42,103 nucleotides of DNA from Jimgerdemannia flammicorona (lineage: Eukaryota). The DNA lies in the NCBI GenBank assembly GCA_003990765.1, contig RBNJ01000095.1:1-42103 (forward strand), written 5' to 3'. Shown piece after piece: positions 1 through 13,088 of the stretch (positions are counted from its first letter, which is position 1; every line of letters begins with the position of its first letter). The notes under the pieces were generated by a model. It did not search any database. It was not told where the DNA came from and was given only the letters and a program-made list of their open reading frames with translations. The position numbers were made by a program, and so were the translations under genes.

Positions 1-114
1 TTTTTTTTTTGGTTTAAACGGGCTGTAACTAATCGGAATGTACTGTTTTCTCTCCTTCACATCTTTATTCACCTTTATGTCGCATTTTGTTCATCCGCAC
101 ATCACTCACACCAG

Positions 115-654
115 CCGCTCCCAATCTTACGTCGCCCGCCAACAGCAACAGCAATACCACCCGCCTACCCTGTCCACCGTCATAGCGCCGGCATCATTCT
201 CACGGACGGGTAGCTTGTCTTCACATCGTACGCCGTGGAGCCAGGTGGTCGGGGGTGGCGGCGGTGGCGGCGGCGAGTGGGTGGAGCCGGAAAGCAGGAT
301 GGGTACGGGATGTAAGTGTTCCGTTCTTCTTATCTATATGCTATATATTTAGTATTCCGTTCATCTATTATTATTATTATTATTATTGTCATTATCATTT
401 GGTGAATGAAGTTTGTAAGCCTCACCATAGCTTCTACTCACGCCTCACTGATCCCTCCAGACATCCCGCGTCCGCCCGCCACTCCGACAATCTCCTCTTC
501 ATCTAATCTGCGCCGGGTACCCTCCTCCTTCACCACGGGCCTCCCGCCTGGCACCCCGCGACAGCGAACGTCGTCGTCGCACGGGAACATAGGGTCCAGG
601 CAGACGGGCGGGTATGGGAACATCAGAGCGGGGTCGGTGAGGAAGCGGTGGTGA
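115..654 (+). CDS. 3' end (last two exons, 115-311 and 461-654) of a gene starting upstream of the window; low-complexity Q/P/S/G-rich C-terminus, function unknown
   Basis: Acceptor CAG at 112-114, donor GTAAGT at 312, branch-like CTGAT and CAG ending at 460. Splicing joins ORFs 38..352 and 406..654 in frame (...SRMGTG-Y-IPRPPATP...RKRW*). Confidence 0.65.
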
Positions 655-1466
655 TGAGGGGGGTGATGGTTAGGGAGGGATGGGATCTCGTTTGGTGGAG
701 ATATTTCGGCGCGTGCGATGATGTTTGGTAGTGGCGGGTGGAGAGTGGGGATGGTTGGACAGACAGGGGTTACTTGGTTTAATGGATCGGATCCTTCGTT
801 TGTTATACTGGCAATTTTTTATTCTGTCTGTACAATATTGAGACACCCTTTTTATTTTTTATTTTTTGCATATTTTCATCTGTGCCATTTTGCATTTGTG
901 CTCCTATTATCATCTGTCACGCGACATCTTTTGCATTGTACCCATGTTATATATGTTTTTCGATTCTGCTATGGACATCACATCCACCAAGAATCATACT
1001 TACATATTTTGTTGTAATGGACATGGAGGGGAAACATTTTCTTTATTTTTAGGTCTAGAGAATCGAACACTGGTAATAAGTACAATAAAGCGTTCCATTG
1101 CACACAAAAGATTCTGAATCACCGCGATCATGCTAACATTTATATTTCATGACGGAACATCGACGCAAGATTGGCGTCAATGTGAATCACGGGTTGTCTC
1201 GCATGATGGCTGGGCGTATATGAGACGGTGGAACGTCACATACTTCCTCCGCTTTGCTACTTCGAAAGGTACTTTCACACTCTTTCAAAATTTGCGAATT
1301 TTGGTTGCGTTGGCTGATTCGAGTCCACTTATTCATTTTCTCGTCAGAGCAAGAAACCAAGCCTACGACAAACAACCTTATCCTCTCGAACTCACAACTC
1401 ATGGGTACGCGCTCAGTCTGCCTCCACCACCTCGGTCTCACACGCACGCCCACTATCGACACTAAC

Positions 1467-1700
1467 ATGTCTACCACTCCTTCACCTCCTTCTCACTGCA
1501 CAGGCGACAGAAAGACTCCAATGACCCCCAAGGCGGCCGCTCGCATCCAGTCGTCCGTTGCTAAGCAAAGCGGCGGTGGCGTTCGGAAGGATACATTCGC
1601 CGCCCGTGTCCAGTCCGCGGCTGCCCAAAACGTCAACCGTGGTGTCGTTGGCAGTGATGGTGTTGCTAAGACCACCAGCGGCGGTAAGGCCAAGCACTAA
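1467..1700 (+). CDS. Small SMP (seed maturation protein)/LEA-like stress protein, 77 aa
   Basis: ATG at 1467. The segment MTPKAAARIQSSVAKQSGGGVRKDTFAARVQSAAAQN matches, from recall, the fungal SMP-domain pattern MTxxAAxRIQSxxAKxxGGxVxKxxFAARAQSAA. Confidence 0.75.
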   Translation: MSTTPSPPSHCTGDRKTPMTPKAAARIQSSVAKQSGGGVRKDTFAARVQSAAAQNVNRGVVGSDGVAKTTSGGKAKH

Positions 1701-1809
1701 AGGCGAAGGTGCGGTGAAATGACGCGATGAAATGACGCGGTGAACGAAGGTGGTGCGATCGTGATCGAGTTTTGTGTGTTGGATGAAAAAGGGATTTGCG
1801 GTTTTTCAT

Positions 1810-1868
1810 GTGAATTGTGAATGCAATTGTGAAGTTTGTGAATGTAATTGTGAAATTTGTGAATGTAA
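1810..1868. repeat. Short TGTGAA-based tandem repeat downstream of the SMP gene
   Basis: tgtgaattgtgaatgcaattgtgaagtttgtgaatgtaattgtgaaatttgtgaatg. Confidence 0.7.
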
Positions 1869-2149
1869 GTCATATCTGAATAAAGTCATTGTCGCAAAGA
1901 AATATTACTCTCTTTGGAACGCCTATGAAGAACGCGAAATAATAAAGCCGATGACTTCCACTCTCCTGGCTTCAACCTCCAAACGCTCCGAGGTGGTCGA
2001 ACCCGTTGCGTTCAAAATTTACAGTACGGTAAGTGAGGCACCTTTTTTTATTTATTTATTTTTGGTGGGAGATCGTCAAGGGTCTATCGGTAGGGCAATA
2101 GCGCGTGTGTGTACGTAAGATAGAATTTTAAAAATGTAAAAATAAGAAA

Positions 2150-2440
2150 GAAATGATAAAACGAAATTCCATATTGACGGACCTTTGTTATAATCTAATT
2201 TCTAAAAAATAAAATAAAATAAAAATAAAGATAAAAAAAAATCCGTATTGACGGACATTTATAAAATAAATAAATAAATAACGATAGAACAAAATTTCAT
2301 ATTGATGGAAAAAGAAAGAAATGACAAACAAAATTCCATATTGACGGGCCTTCGTTAATCAAAAATAAAATAAAATAAAGTAAATAAAAAATCAAGAAAT
2401 AAATGACAAAACAAAATTCCATATTGATGGACCTTCGTTA
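2150..2440. repeat. Degenerate A-rich tandem repeat with five copies of an AAATTCCATATTGAYGG core
   Basis: Core copies near 2164, 2241, 2291, 2331 and 2413, separated by AAAT-rich spacers. Confidence 0.75.
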
Positions 2441-3299
2441 AAATTCCTTTCCAAAAATAAAATAAATAAATAATAAACACGATGCACATATTGTAGTTGC
2501 TAATTACAATGAAACTTCCCCTCACATACGTAATCTCCCAAAGATCCACACGTAATGTGGACACGGGCCCTCCAATTCCATTTGACAGCCAGTACCCGCG
2601 AAAGGGCACGGCGCGGTGCTGCGGTGTTGCGGAAATTATTCACGTGGTGCTTCGGAATGTTGGTCCGACTTTGACACAAGGTACCAGGTATTAAACTTTC
2701 AAAAGCCTCTCCGATCGCTGAATCCTTCTTGGCAGTACTACGCCCGCTGAATAATGGATTCGAATAATGGATTTGCTTGTCAGCTGAATTCGGAAAATAA
2801 TATTTTGTCATATAATAGGATTCTGATGTGGTTGGATGCGTCATAAATCTGCAAATGTTAGTGTTCGACCCGCGTGATGTGGCTCTTCCAAATTATTGGA
2901 TAGCGTGTAAGGCGACGAGTGTGACGCGTTGTCGAGATTACACAGCTTCGAGGCGAATCGCGTATGTTCGCCAAGTTGTTGTTTGGTGCTGAAATGCAGA
3001 TCCGTCGATCCCAGATATTTTGATTAGATACAAATGAATAGGGCATTAAATTTTCCTCATCTTCGAATCATCGGGAGTTTGAAGCGTCTGTTACCGACCC
3101 TTCCGTGACGAATTCACGTGTCTCACGTACCCGCCACGTCACGCATTGGGTCCCGATATTTGTTCATTTCATAGATCATTCACTCATATGGCGACGAATA
3201 TCTTCTCGTAACGAAAAGGTCAATGGAGAATGCCAAGTACCACGGAACTTGAAATTTCGTAAAGAGTTTGACTTTTCGTCTTACGTAATGTCGTGATTC

Positions 3300-3330
<31 letters not shown>

Positions 3331-3987
3331 TAATATAGCATTTTGAGAAAATTTGAACCTAATCAATTCCAAATAAATAAAATGCGCAAATCAAAACTAT
3401 CACGTAAGATTGAATCCTAATGAGGGAATATCGGTATTTTAATAAAAAATAGCGAACGGCAGCCCAAAAAAAGGCCCTCTCACATAAGCCGAATTAGAGA
3501 AAGTTTAATCAGAATCATGTGCAAAACAGGAAACATCAGCGAGATCTCTACTTTATCTGAAGTTTGATACGAAGGAGCATATTAGGTTGCAAGCCACCAC
3601 ACCAACAACGGCCAACATCGGTATCGATCAATTGTTAATCCGACAAAGTCTTACGAAAGTTACATCAAATACCCAATCTAGTATCATCAATAAGGGCACT
3701 CAGACAAAATATTTTGTATCACTAGAAACCTTCTGTGACTCTTTGGTAGAATTCAAAGTCAACCAGTCCTTGCAATTCCAAACTCTTGGTTGTACTATAT
3801 CATTGTGCGTCGGGACTTTTTGCTCGACTTCGGGAATCACAAACAATCACCCCTTAATTCCCTATTGAAGAACGCAATCCTGTTCGTGCCTTACGTTGCT
3901 GGTGTGTCGTTGTTTCAAACTTGCGAGCGCATATTGGAATTACCACATGAGACACTTGCCTGTAATAGTCAACCTTCATAATGTTGC

Positions 3988-4026
<39 letters not shown>

Positions 4027-4234
4027 TCCTTTGTAGAATAGATTATTTTATTTCTGCGTGATTATAAGAACAAACTTCAAGCACAATGTCCATTTCCGAA
4101 TTAAAGATTATGTGACAGATCGAACCTTTTAAGTATTAGCAAACCTTTCCAAATTCCCAGTGTTTTGACACGTTTTGGGACATTAAGTGTCACGAGCATT
4201 CCACATTCGTTTCATACCCCAAAGACCACATTCT

Positions 4235-4294
4235 CTTGTACTCTCGTACTCTCGTACACTTGTACATTTGTACACTTGTACACTTGGACACCTG
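4235..4294. repeat. 8-bp tandem repeat (CTTGTACA consensus)
   Basis: cttgtactctcgtactctcgtacacttgtacatttgtacacttgtacacttggacac. Confidence 0.75.
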
Positions 4295-4345
4295 GTTACA
4301 AAATAAAATCGTAGCTCGTAATCTAGATCTGATCCTGGTTATAGT

Positions 4346-4380
<35 letters not shown>

Positions 4381-6410
4381 AAAAACAAAAACATAAAATT
4401 GACGAGCAACTCAAAAAGATGCTTGGGAATAGGAAGAGCGATTAGGGTATTCACGAGGTTCTTGAGATACAGATCATCTGGTTTCTTTGGATTGGTAGAT
4501 GGTGATAGGGCCTGTCAGAATGAAATGCACTTCTGCCAATAATCCCATCACACTTGACTGAGTTTTGCAGTGGCGTCGATTTTTTTTTTTTTTTTTTTTT
4601 TTCCTTGGGTGGCTGTGCGCCACGCAAATTCATTTTGGCAGGCCATCTAGCGGAAGCCACCCGATAGGTGTGGCGGTTGCCCCTTTGTTTGGAAGGTCTA
4701 TTTGAAACAGCAACCTAATTTTGGATCAGTCGAGACACCTGGGTATGTGTGAAAAAATTCACCGAAACGTAAAAACTGACTGACGTAAGAGGCGCAGGCC
4801 ATTAACGCACATGCCCAAAAAAGGTGAAAAGAGAATTTTCCGTCCCCATATACTACGCACGCTTCGCGCATCGCGAATTGTAAAGGCGTGGCGGTTGGTA
4901 ATGAACCACGGAACTTCAAATTCGGTACAATGTCGTACGCGGCTGACCCGGGGCGTTGCGATGAGATGATAATCATCCCTCACCGCGATCATCGCGATCA
5001 CGTTCAAAAAATCTCGACGGACAAAAAGTGCATCGAAACCAGGGGCTTGGAAATAAGTGACACCGTGAAGTTACGACCGGATCGCTCAACAAAGCTTTTT
5101 TGAGCCATACAACACTGTAAAACGTTTTCACTCAATTGCCAACGAACCCTTTGGCAATATTTCCCGTATTTTGCCGCAACTAATGGGGATATTCCCAAAG
5201 GGCGTAAGGATAGCAGTACCGAGATACTACATGGAGCATTGATTGACAGGTATCGACACATCGCTCGAGAATCTTTTCAAACTTTGGTGGTGTTCTATGA
5301 CAGGATCACGGTGCTCTGTAACAACTTTAGCGAAGGGCTTTGTAATGACGGCGGCGGAAACGTGGCGATGTGTAAATAAATAACCCATGATAGGTACGAC
5401 TGACCTTGGGGGTTTAAGTTATATGCACGTGGTAGATATTTCCTCATACTTTTCCCTTTCCCACAAGTACAGGTTAGCATATTGTCATGCGGAGGCTGTG
5501 GCATTTGAACAAACTGCCTAAAGGCAGTCTAGACCAAATTTCCGGGCACCCTTACCTAGAAACCGGAAATCGGAAATCGGAAGCCGAACCCGGAAACCGG
5601 AACAGAACTGCATCGGAAACCCGATCGCGAGGATCGCCCGGAAAATACGTCACTGGGTGTCAACACCAATAACAATATTTTGTTGCACAGCACAATTACC
5701 TAAATACGGTCTTCTATTCCTGTAGGATTATCTAATCAAATGTTGATGAAAAGAAAAGAAAAGAATAAAACAATCTAACAGTTAATGTAATCGGTTAATA
5801 AAAACCCCGCAGGCCACATGAATATTGAAAAACCTATATGAACTCGTGGTATACTAATTACGGCGCAAGGTGCAAGCATGAAATAGGTAAAGACTGCAAA
5901 ACTATTTGTAGGACCCAAAAACCCCAATCAGTCCACGATGAACGGGTACGGTTGCTATGGTTTACCAAACTGTTAATGGTCGGGCGTTGCCTGCTGATTA
6001 GCAGGTTCCAAACTTCTTTTGGACGGTGTTGCTCATTCGCTAGGAGAATTCAATCGGCTATGCCGAGTTTCGGTTTTCGGGTCATGAAAGTTCTATATCA
6101 TTCGATTTGCAATCCATACATCATTGTGACTTTGAGTACTTGAATAACACATCTCATGTTTCCACCGCGTTGCACGCGTGAAGCATAGATTTTCCGGGAA
6201 AATCGCCGCGGAAATAACACCCCAAGTTTAGATTTTGAGTGCACCACGAGAATCGTGCATTTTTTCCTTAGTACGCATCATGTCCAAAAGAGACAATCGA
6301 TCTATCGTGAAGCAAGCCGATTGCTCGAGCGTCCTCTTGTACTGTGCAACAGATCAGCAGCCATTTAAAACCGTTTTTTGCTGGAATAAGTTATCGCTCC
6401 CTTTCGCAAC

Positions 6411-8507
6411 ATGTCTGTAACCAAGAAGTCCTACCAAGGTTACCGTGAAGTCCAACAGATCTGGGATCCGCACAAAGCCGACCTACGGGTGCGTGAGGCA
6501 TGCACCCGGTGCCGCGAGAGGCGAGCCAAGTGCGATGGCCGTCGTCCATGCCGACGGTGCCGGCGCGTGCAATCTGAGTGCGTCTATTCGTCGCTAAGAG
6601 ACGTCGTATCCGAAGAGGTCTCACCGGCGGAGCAACAGATGAAAAAGGAATTGTTACATGACCTGTCTCTGTTGCAGCAATTGCTGGATAAACTTGGGCT
6701 CGAAATCGAGGAGACTAGAGCTCGCATTTCCGTCGTACCTATGATGCATGCGGTACGGCAGATCAAGGATGATTGTGGGCGGCCGGTGTGTGCTGTCGAG
6801 AATCAAGACGCCGCGACAAGAGATGAAGACGTCAGATCCGCCGATGAGGCTGAATCCGGGCCGAACTATGGCAATTTGACCGATGACGTTAAATCGTGGC
6901 AAATCACCTTGACTACGGCTGGAGTCAGGATCCAAACGGACATTACTGCCATTCAACAGCTTCAAGAGCTTTTGAAAGACTTTATGAACTCCTCCACCAT
7001 CTATCGCGAGCCCGCCACAGCGTTCAGTACCATCGGAACTCAAGCAATGATGCTTAGTCTGTCAGTCCAGTGGTATAGATGGCACAACGTGCAGCCAGCC
7101 CAGTTCCAGATACACATTCCAAATCCACCACTCCCGCAGATTTTTACACCGGTCATCACAGAGAAGATGGAACAGGTGTTGCTGGACCATATCCTCCAGA
7201 AAACCGTGGAATCTCATCCAGCATTCCGCAAAAAGTTCGGCGATGCATTTCTGTCACGCACTCATAACAAGCGACCGCAATCCCCCCATTACATTGCCCT
7301 CGCCTATGCCATCGGAGCATTTAGCGCACAACATACCCTCTTGAATCACTTCGCCACGGCGGCGAACTCATCGGCGGACCTGCAAATCCAAAATAACGAT
7401 TTCGGTTGGGAGCTGGCCGAACGGTACTTTTTAAAGGCTCGCGAACTCCTCATTGATCAGTTCCTGACACCAGACCCAGGTACTATGACTGCAGACACCG
7501 TGGATGCTCTCCACGCACTAGTGAGATACAAGTTCCATAATGGCGAATACGAAGTCGGCATGTGCTATCTCGAAATGGCTATCCGCGTCGCAACCCAGCT
7601 CAACTATCACCAAGCGATGCGCGACCCGAGCAAGACCGACGTGGACGCCTTCGAGTTGGAAAATGCCATCCTGTGGAACCACCTTGTATGCACAGATCAA
7701 GCGTTCTCATGTCTATTGAAAATCTCTGCCCATACGACCGTCGAAGACACGCGACTCAATCTGTTCAACGTAACCCTACGCATTCCTCCAGAGATGTCAG
7801 AAGAAAGGCGTCAACAAATCTACGAGTCCTTCCATACAGCCAAGAACTCGGCTATCTGTCGTGACATCTTCGACACCTGGTGGGGTGACAGCGCTTCCGA
7901 TCCTACCTCAGAAGACCTGGATCGGTTTATTGAGGCCTTCGACTGTTGGGCGCACCAGCTTCCGCCAAGCCTCCGCGTCATCGGAACCCCCTTCAGCTCC
8001 CGCTCCTGCTTTTCGCTCGCCATTAATGTCCAACTCGTCCATCAAATGTCCCTGGTCAACCTTTACCTGCCCTTCCTTCCTTCCGTTCACCGGAACCCAT
8101 CATCTCTGCCTATCGGTCTCCCACAAAAGGCCGAACGCGCCTATTCCAAAGCCACGATAATGTCCACGCAATTTAGCCTAACGTACTTGAAGGCAGGAGG
8201 CTGCGCGTTCCCTCCGCACTACCGCGCGCTTCCATTTGACGTGTTTTCAGGCACAATGAAAGCGCATATGCGACTGGCAAAGGCAAAGGATGACATCATA
8301 TCCACAAAGCATCGTGCGTACGTTGCGAAAGGCATGAAGCTCATTCGCGGACTCAGGGAGTACGAGTTGGGGCAAACTTACTTCGTTGAGTTTGCGAGGT
8401 TCGTGGAAGATTTCATGGAGCTCGAGGGAATCGAACCGAATGCGGATTTGGACTTGGATCCCGAGGATTATTTTGTACCGGTAAGGGTACCAGGTGCGGG
8501 TTGGTGA
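6411..8507 (+). CDS. Zn(II)2Cys6 (GAL4-type) fungal transcription factor with a probable fungal-specific TF (middle homology) domain; intronless, 698 aa
   Basis: CTRCRERRAKCDGRRPCRRCRRVQSEC fits C-x2-C-x6-C-x5-C-x2-C-x6-C and is followed by a leucine-rich coiled segment. The central region AIRVATQLNYH...ILWNHLVCTD resembles the Fungal_trans domain. Confidence 0.92.
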   Translation: MSVTKKSYQGYREVQQIWDPHKADLRVREACTRCRERRAKCDGRRPCRRCRRVQSECVYSSLRDVVSEEVSPAEQQMKKELLHDLSLLQQLLDKLGLEIEETRARISVVPMMHAVRQIKDDCGRPVCAVENQDAATRDEDVRSADEAESGPNYGNLTDDVKSWQITLTTAGVRIQTDITAIQQLQELLKDFMNSSTIYREPATAFSTIGTQAMMLSLSVQWYRWHNVQPAQFQIHIPNPPLPQIFTPVITEKMEQVLLDHILQKTVESHPAFRKKFGDAFLSRTHNKRPQSPHYIALAYAIGAFSAQHTLLNHFATAANSSADLQIQNNDFGWELAERYFLKARELLIDQFLTPDPGTMTADTVDALHALVRYKFHNGEYEVGMCYLEMAIRVATQLNYHQAMRDPSKTDVDAFELENAILWNHLVCTDQAFSCLLKISAHTTVEDTRLNLFNVTLRIPPEMSEERRQQIYESFHTAKNSAICRDIFDTWWGDSASDPTSEDLDRFIEAFDCWAHQLPPSLRVIGTPFSSRSCFSLAINVQLVHQMSLVNLYLPFLPSVHRNPSSLPIGLPQKAERAYSKATIMSTQFSLTYLKAGGCAFPPHYRALPFDVFSGTMKAHMRLAKAKDDIISTKHRAYVAKGMKLIRGLREYELGQTYFVEFARFVEDFMELEGIEPNADLDLDPEDYFVPVRVPGAGW

Positions 8508-9548
8508 TCACAGATTCGGAAAAAATTGACCCAATTTTTTCGCAGCGAAGGGTGAATATTATAATTTTTTCTCCATTGCACTTTTCCAATTATCTTATGC
8601 TTTATTCCCTAGTAGACAATTATTCTGTAATTCGAGCCGGTGGCGTGCGATCTGTTTTACGCGTCATTCGTCCGTTCGCGTATCCCTTATCGTCAACCAC
8701 TTAGGCAAATCCCTACGCTTTCTACTATGCGATATATTTCGACTTCATCAACACTCCTCCACTCATTGTTACGAAGAAATTTTATGGCTGTGAATTTGTC
8801 TATTTCACAAAATCCGATTTTCGAATCCAACCCCGCGATTCAAATTGGAACTGCTATGTATTTATGACTCAATAAATATGACATAATTATGCCGTATGCA
8901 ACATTTTATGAGTCAAATGAATGCTTAAAAACATGTGACATCCCACAAATACAATTCCTCATTATGGAAAGTATTGGCGCGGCTTGGAGTGGAATAAATA
9001 GCTTGAATGTAAGAAATAACGATTGTTATTTTGAGGTTATCATCCGATATAGTTTCCGCAGCTACCATCAACCTGTCATATCCTGCTTTTTTAACCATTC
9101 CCCACAAAGGATATTAAATGCAAACAAGAGGTTTCATTGGGAATATTGTCTATTTGTTTCACAGCGTCCAAATAATAGGATGCCAAACGCAATTGCGCCC
9201 CAATGTCATAAGAGTTCGGCAGCGTAGTTTTCATATCAGGAATTTTTGCGGCTAAACAAATCAGTCAGCATCCGCGAGTCTTCCTTTTTCGTAGAATCGA
9301 TAAAACCCCCAAGGTCTCGTGGGATGCTACGGAAACCGTTTTTGTTTTTTATCTCAATAAATGGTTAGAGTTGTCATCTGTTTATGGTGCTTCTCCGTGC
9401 CATCCTAGTCCATCACCGATTGGTGATATTTGAGTTTCAATGTAAGCGTGGAGCATACCAGATGGCGCAGAAACAGGAAGTTGTCAGACGGAATGGAAGA
9501 AAACTGATGACTGGACTAGTGAGTTGATGCAGATGAGAATAAGAAAAC

Positions 9549-9579
<31 letters not shown>

Positions 9580-12500
9580 AAGGAAAGGAAAGGAAAGGGA
9601 AGAAAAACCGTATGCAGCTTTTGAAACAAAAAATGACTCAACTTGTCATAACATTTATGCAGCTTCGATATATGAGGTGGCCACTTTTAAAAAGTTACTT
9701 CCTCATACTAAGCCACCAGAGATAACACATTTTAAAAGTGGCCGCCTCATATGTATATACCGCATGATGTCTACCACTGCTCGCACAAACCCATAGCATC
9801 CAGAAAACGGCGCACGCACTTCACGATCGACCCCACAGAATTTACAAAGCAAACTGACCTACTGTTATAACTCGGCTCCACTTGCCCCGTGCAATTTGTT
9901 GAATGCATTTTCTCCAACAGCCGCAGCTACACTTCAACCGCCGCCTGGTCGGAGACGATTTCTGTATAACTCGCGAGACAATTTTTACTGTGTGACTAAG
10001 TCAGATCGTACGTCGCTGACTTTGAAAGGATGATTGGGACAGCGAAGCCTGTGACAAACTGCCCATTAAACATGGAACGCAATCAACCAGCACATTGCCG
10101 ATCCACCGAACTCCGGTGAGTGTTCTTTACGTATTGGTTTAAATTGTCGATCTTATATATATATGTATCTTTTTTTCGGGTGTGGGAGTTTTCATGTTGC
10201 GATAAGCCGCAGTCCAGGTCAGTTCACACTTCCCCCAACGCGAATAATTAAATTACCTTAGGTAGCCGCGTCACACCTTTTACATTCATTTAAATATTAT
10301 GTATCTCATCCGTTTTACTAATTACTAATCCGGAGGTGCCATCCTTGTCTGTTTTCGTATCTCCACGACGATTAACATCACCACATCATCTACGAACCAA
10401 TAAGACATCGTTTTCGACAGTGTCTCCTTAAACCATGACTTATTTGTAACTGAACTTTCAATACTATCACGGATATGTTATCCCATCCGATAGGTAATAA
10501 TTTTTGAGCTCACAAATCAGTTCTTAGTTGACATGTGCATTGGCGCATGATCCGAGAGGCTGGAAAAGCCCAGCGACCTCAAACTTTATCTTGTACTTTA
10601 TACAATGAACAACGTTTTTTTTTCTCTCCAACTATTGCCATGTGTTAATTTGAAACGCTGTTGTAATATATGACTCTCTCCTACGTACGAATTAAAGCTA
10701 TATCCATTCAAGTTAGTTCCTCAATAGGAGAACCAAGATTATAACTCTCGTCTGGTATTCTACTTTGGACCACGTCGATGGCTTCGACGATTCAGAAGGA
10801 ATGGTGTTTCTCCCAAACCAACGCGAAGTCGCAGCGTTCCCTCAAAGCGCACGGAATGGATAACGGGCGCCACATAAGATTACACCAATGACTTCAGCCA
10901 TCTGATAATGCGTGGAGACTGTAAAAATAATGCATTTATGTACTACTGGCGTTGATGTACGAATTGTGAGCGAAAGGAGATGACCATTCTGCCCTTATTT
11001 TCCATTCTTATATTTTTGCTTTTGTTTAGACGCTTTACTTGTTGCGGAAAAAATTGAATTTCGAATGGGATCACGTGCCTAATGTCAACATGTCTTAGAG
11101 AGCTGGGGTTGCAAGTAACCCCGCGCGCACATTAGCTGAGTCGTCCTCCGTTTCTTCGCTTGCATCACTTACGTGCTTCGTTCGAAATTTCCTTCCCTCT
11201 GCGAGAATTGACCTTTACGCATTCGCTGTGCGAATACGTCCAATACGCACACATTTAGAAGATGATTTGTTTTCTTTCCTTTCAAGTGTTTGCGGCATAG
11301 AGCATTGAACGCTGTTCTGAGCAACTATTAATCCATTGAAGCGACCCACTCATATCACAATTATTCCCTTAAAGTTGTCTAGTTTCGTCAGACCAGGAAT
11401 TCGTGACTATAATTTTTGGGAAACTTTTTGAAGGGAATGATATTAGTCACATGCAGGGCCGTGAACTGGCACAGCTGAAGCAAACACGCGACACGCATAC
11501 CGGTTCCCACAATCAGCAAGGAGTTTATTGCAGGGTTACTTGTTATTTGTTGGGCTAGTTAATCTGTAAATCCAAGATGTAATGGACACGCAAGTGAGAG
11601 TCTCAAAAGGAGTTGCAAAACTAATATCAAGAGCGTTCAATAATTCATGCACTTTTGTGTATCCTGGCGAATTCAGGGTGCGATCGAATGTATGCCAGAT
11701 CCCCGGTCTCAAGATATATGTTTTTGTTGGCACGCTCGATCAATGGCAACCATTGATTAAAATATAGCTTTTTTATTAGTATGAGGGTCTTTACAATTTT
11801 ATTTCCTTAGAGATGAACCTTTATCCCCCCTACATTTACCCATCTTCAGCCGACCGCGATATTCCACAATTCAGTCTTTTTTGAGTTAGGGACGCGAGAA
11901 CTATAGCAGCCTTGATGGGGGTTTCCCTGGTTTCCAACTTTTCAATCTTCCATTCTATCCTAGCACCCACGGCTAATAAAGCAACTCCATCAAACCACGC
12001 CGATTTAATGTCTGTTGGCAACATGCCATTCCGTCTCCATATCGTAATTTGGTTTTTGTTTCTTCAGGCGCGCCGTGTTCTTGCGGGCTGAGGTTAACGA
12101 GTCAGAAAAGGATTATATGAAACATGTGTTGGGATCGCCTATCGTTCCCATTAAACGTTAAATGTGATAATTAAGGCAGGATTATGATTCGGCCGCAATC
12201 AATCACAATTATCGTTCAATCGGTCGTTGATCGGTCGTTGATCAAAAATTCTCAGGCCATCTTACTGATTTCAACATAGATGTGCACACCATAAAATTCT
12301 AGCACAAAAACCATGCTCTCGACTTGTTTCAAACAATGGGAAGTCTAACCATGTGTATGGTCTACATTGTGAAAGACATGGAAAGTGTTACTCGACATTC
12401 AGCCTGACGATGAATTCCTACCTAGTAATTAAGGACATATCATGGTGTATCCATAATGAGTCCCATACTAGACAGAAAGGTTTCATTCTCTTTCGGGGTC

Positions 12501-13088
12501 TAGTCGATTATTTTTCCGGACACAAGAGTTGAATGTGCTTTCGGTTAAGGAACATTATCTCAGGTCGTATGTTCTAAATTGGCGTTCCTGTGTCGGGGTC
12601 GTGTCTCGACAGGCGTATAGTCTTGAGGAGAGTGATTTCGGTTGACCAGGCGTTGGCGTTCATTCATTGATGAACCACAATCCAGAGGGAATATATATAA
12701 AAAAAAAAAAAAAAAATTAAAAGGCATATATACGAAGGCGGATAAATGTAATACAGAGAAGAAGAAGAAAAAAATCCATATACACGAAAGCAAGAAACTA
12801 TGATGTTAAAACATGAAGGAAAATTGGCAGCGCGAGCAAACTGCCAATACAGGAAATATCTGAGGTCATATAATTCTGCGAGTAACCACAACGAGAATGA
12901 CCTCTAAAAATGTGCACATGTACAAAGGACCTTCCCGTAACAAGCGGCTCATAAAAAAAAGCATATAGCATAACAAAAGTAAGAAACGGCGTAGGCATAA
13001 ATGTCTTGTTGGATCCGGTAGCAACCCTGAAAAAAGCAGGAAGCGGGAAAAACGAAAAAGAAAGAGACACAAAAAGGGGGAAATCGTT

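Noticed and set aside
85-790. Apparent long RNA hairpins from C-rich then G-rich arms (e.g. 462-485 with 729-753)
   Set aside because: The region is explained by two spliced coding exons with C-to-G compositional skew, and the pairing is loose.
2150-2440. CRISPR-like repeat/spacer appearance
   Set aside because: Repeats are degenerate, spacers are low-complexity A-rich and of uneven length, the context is eukaryotic, and no cas genes are present.
11400-12060. Short minus-strand ORFs 11536..11733 and 11836..12024 as a pseudogene
   Set aside because: No recognisable domain and no consistent splice model.
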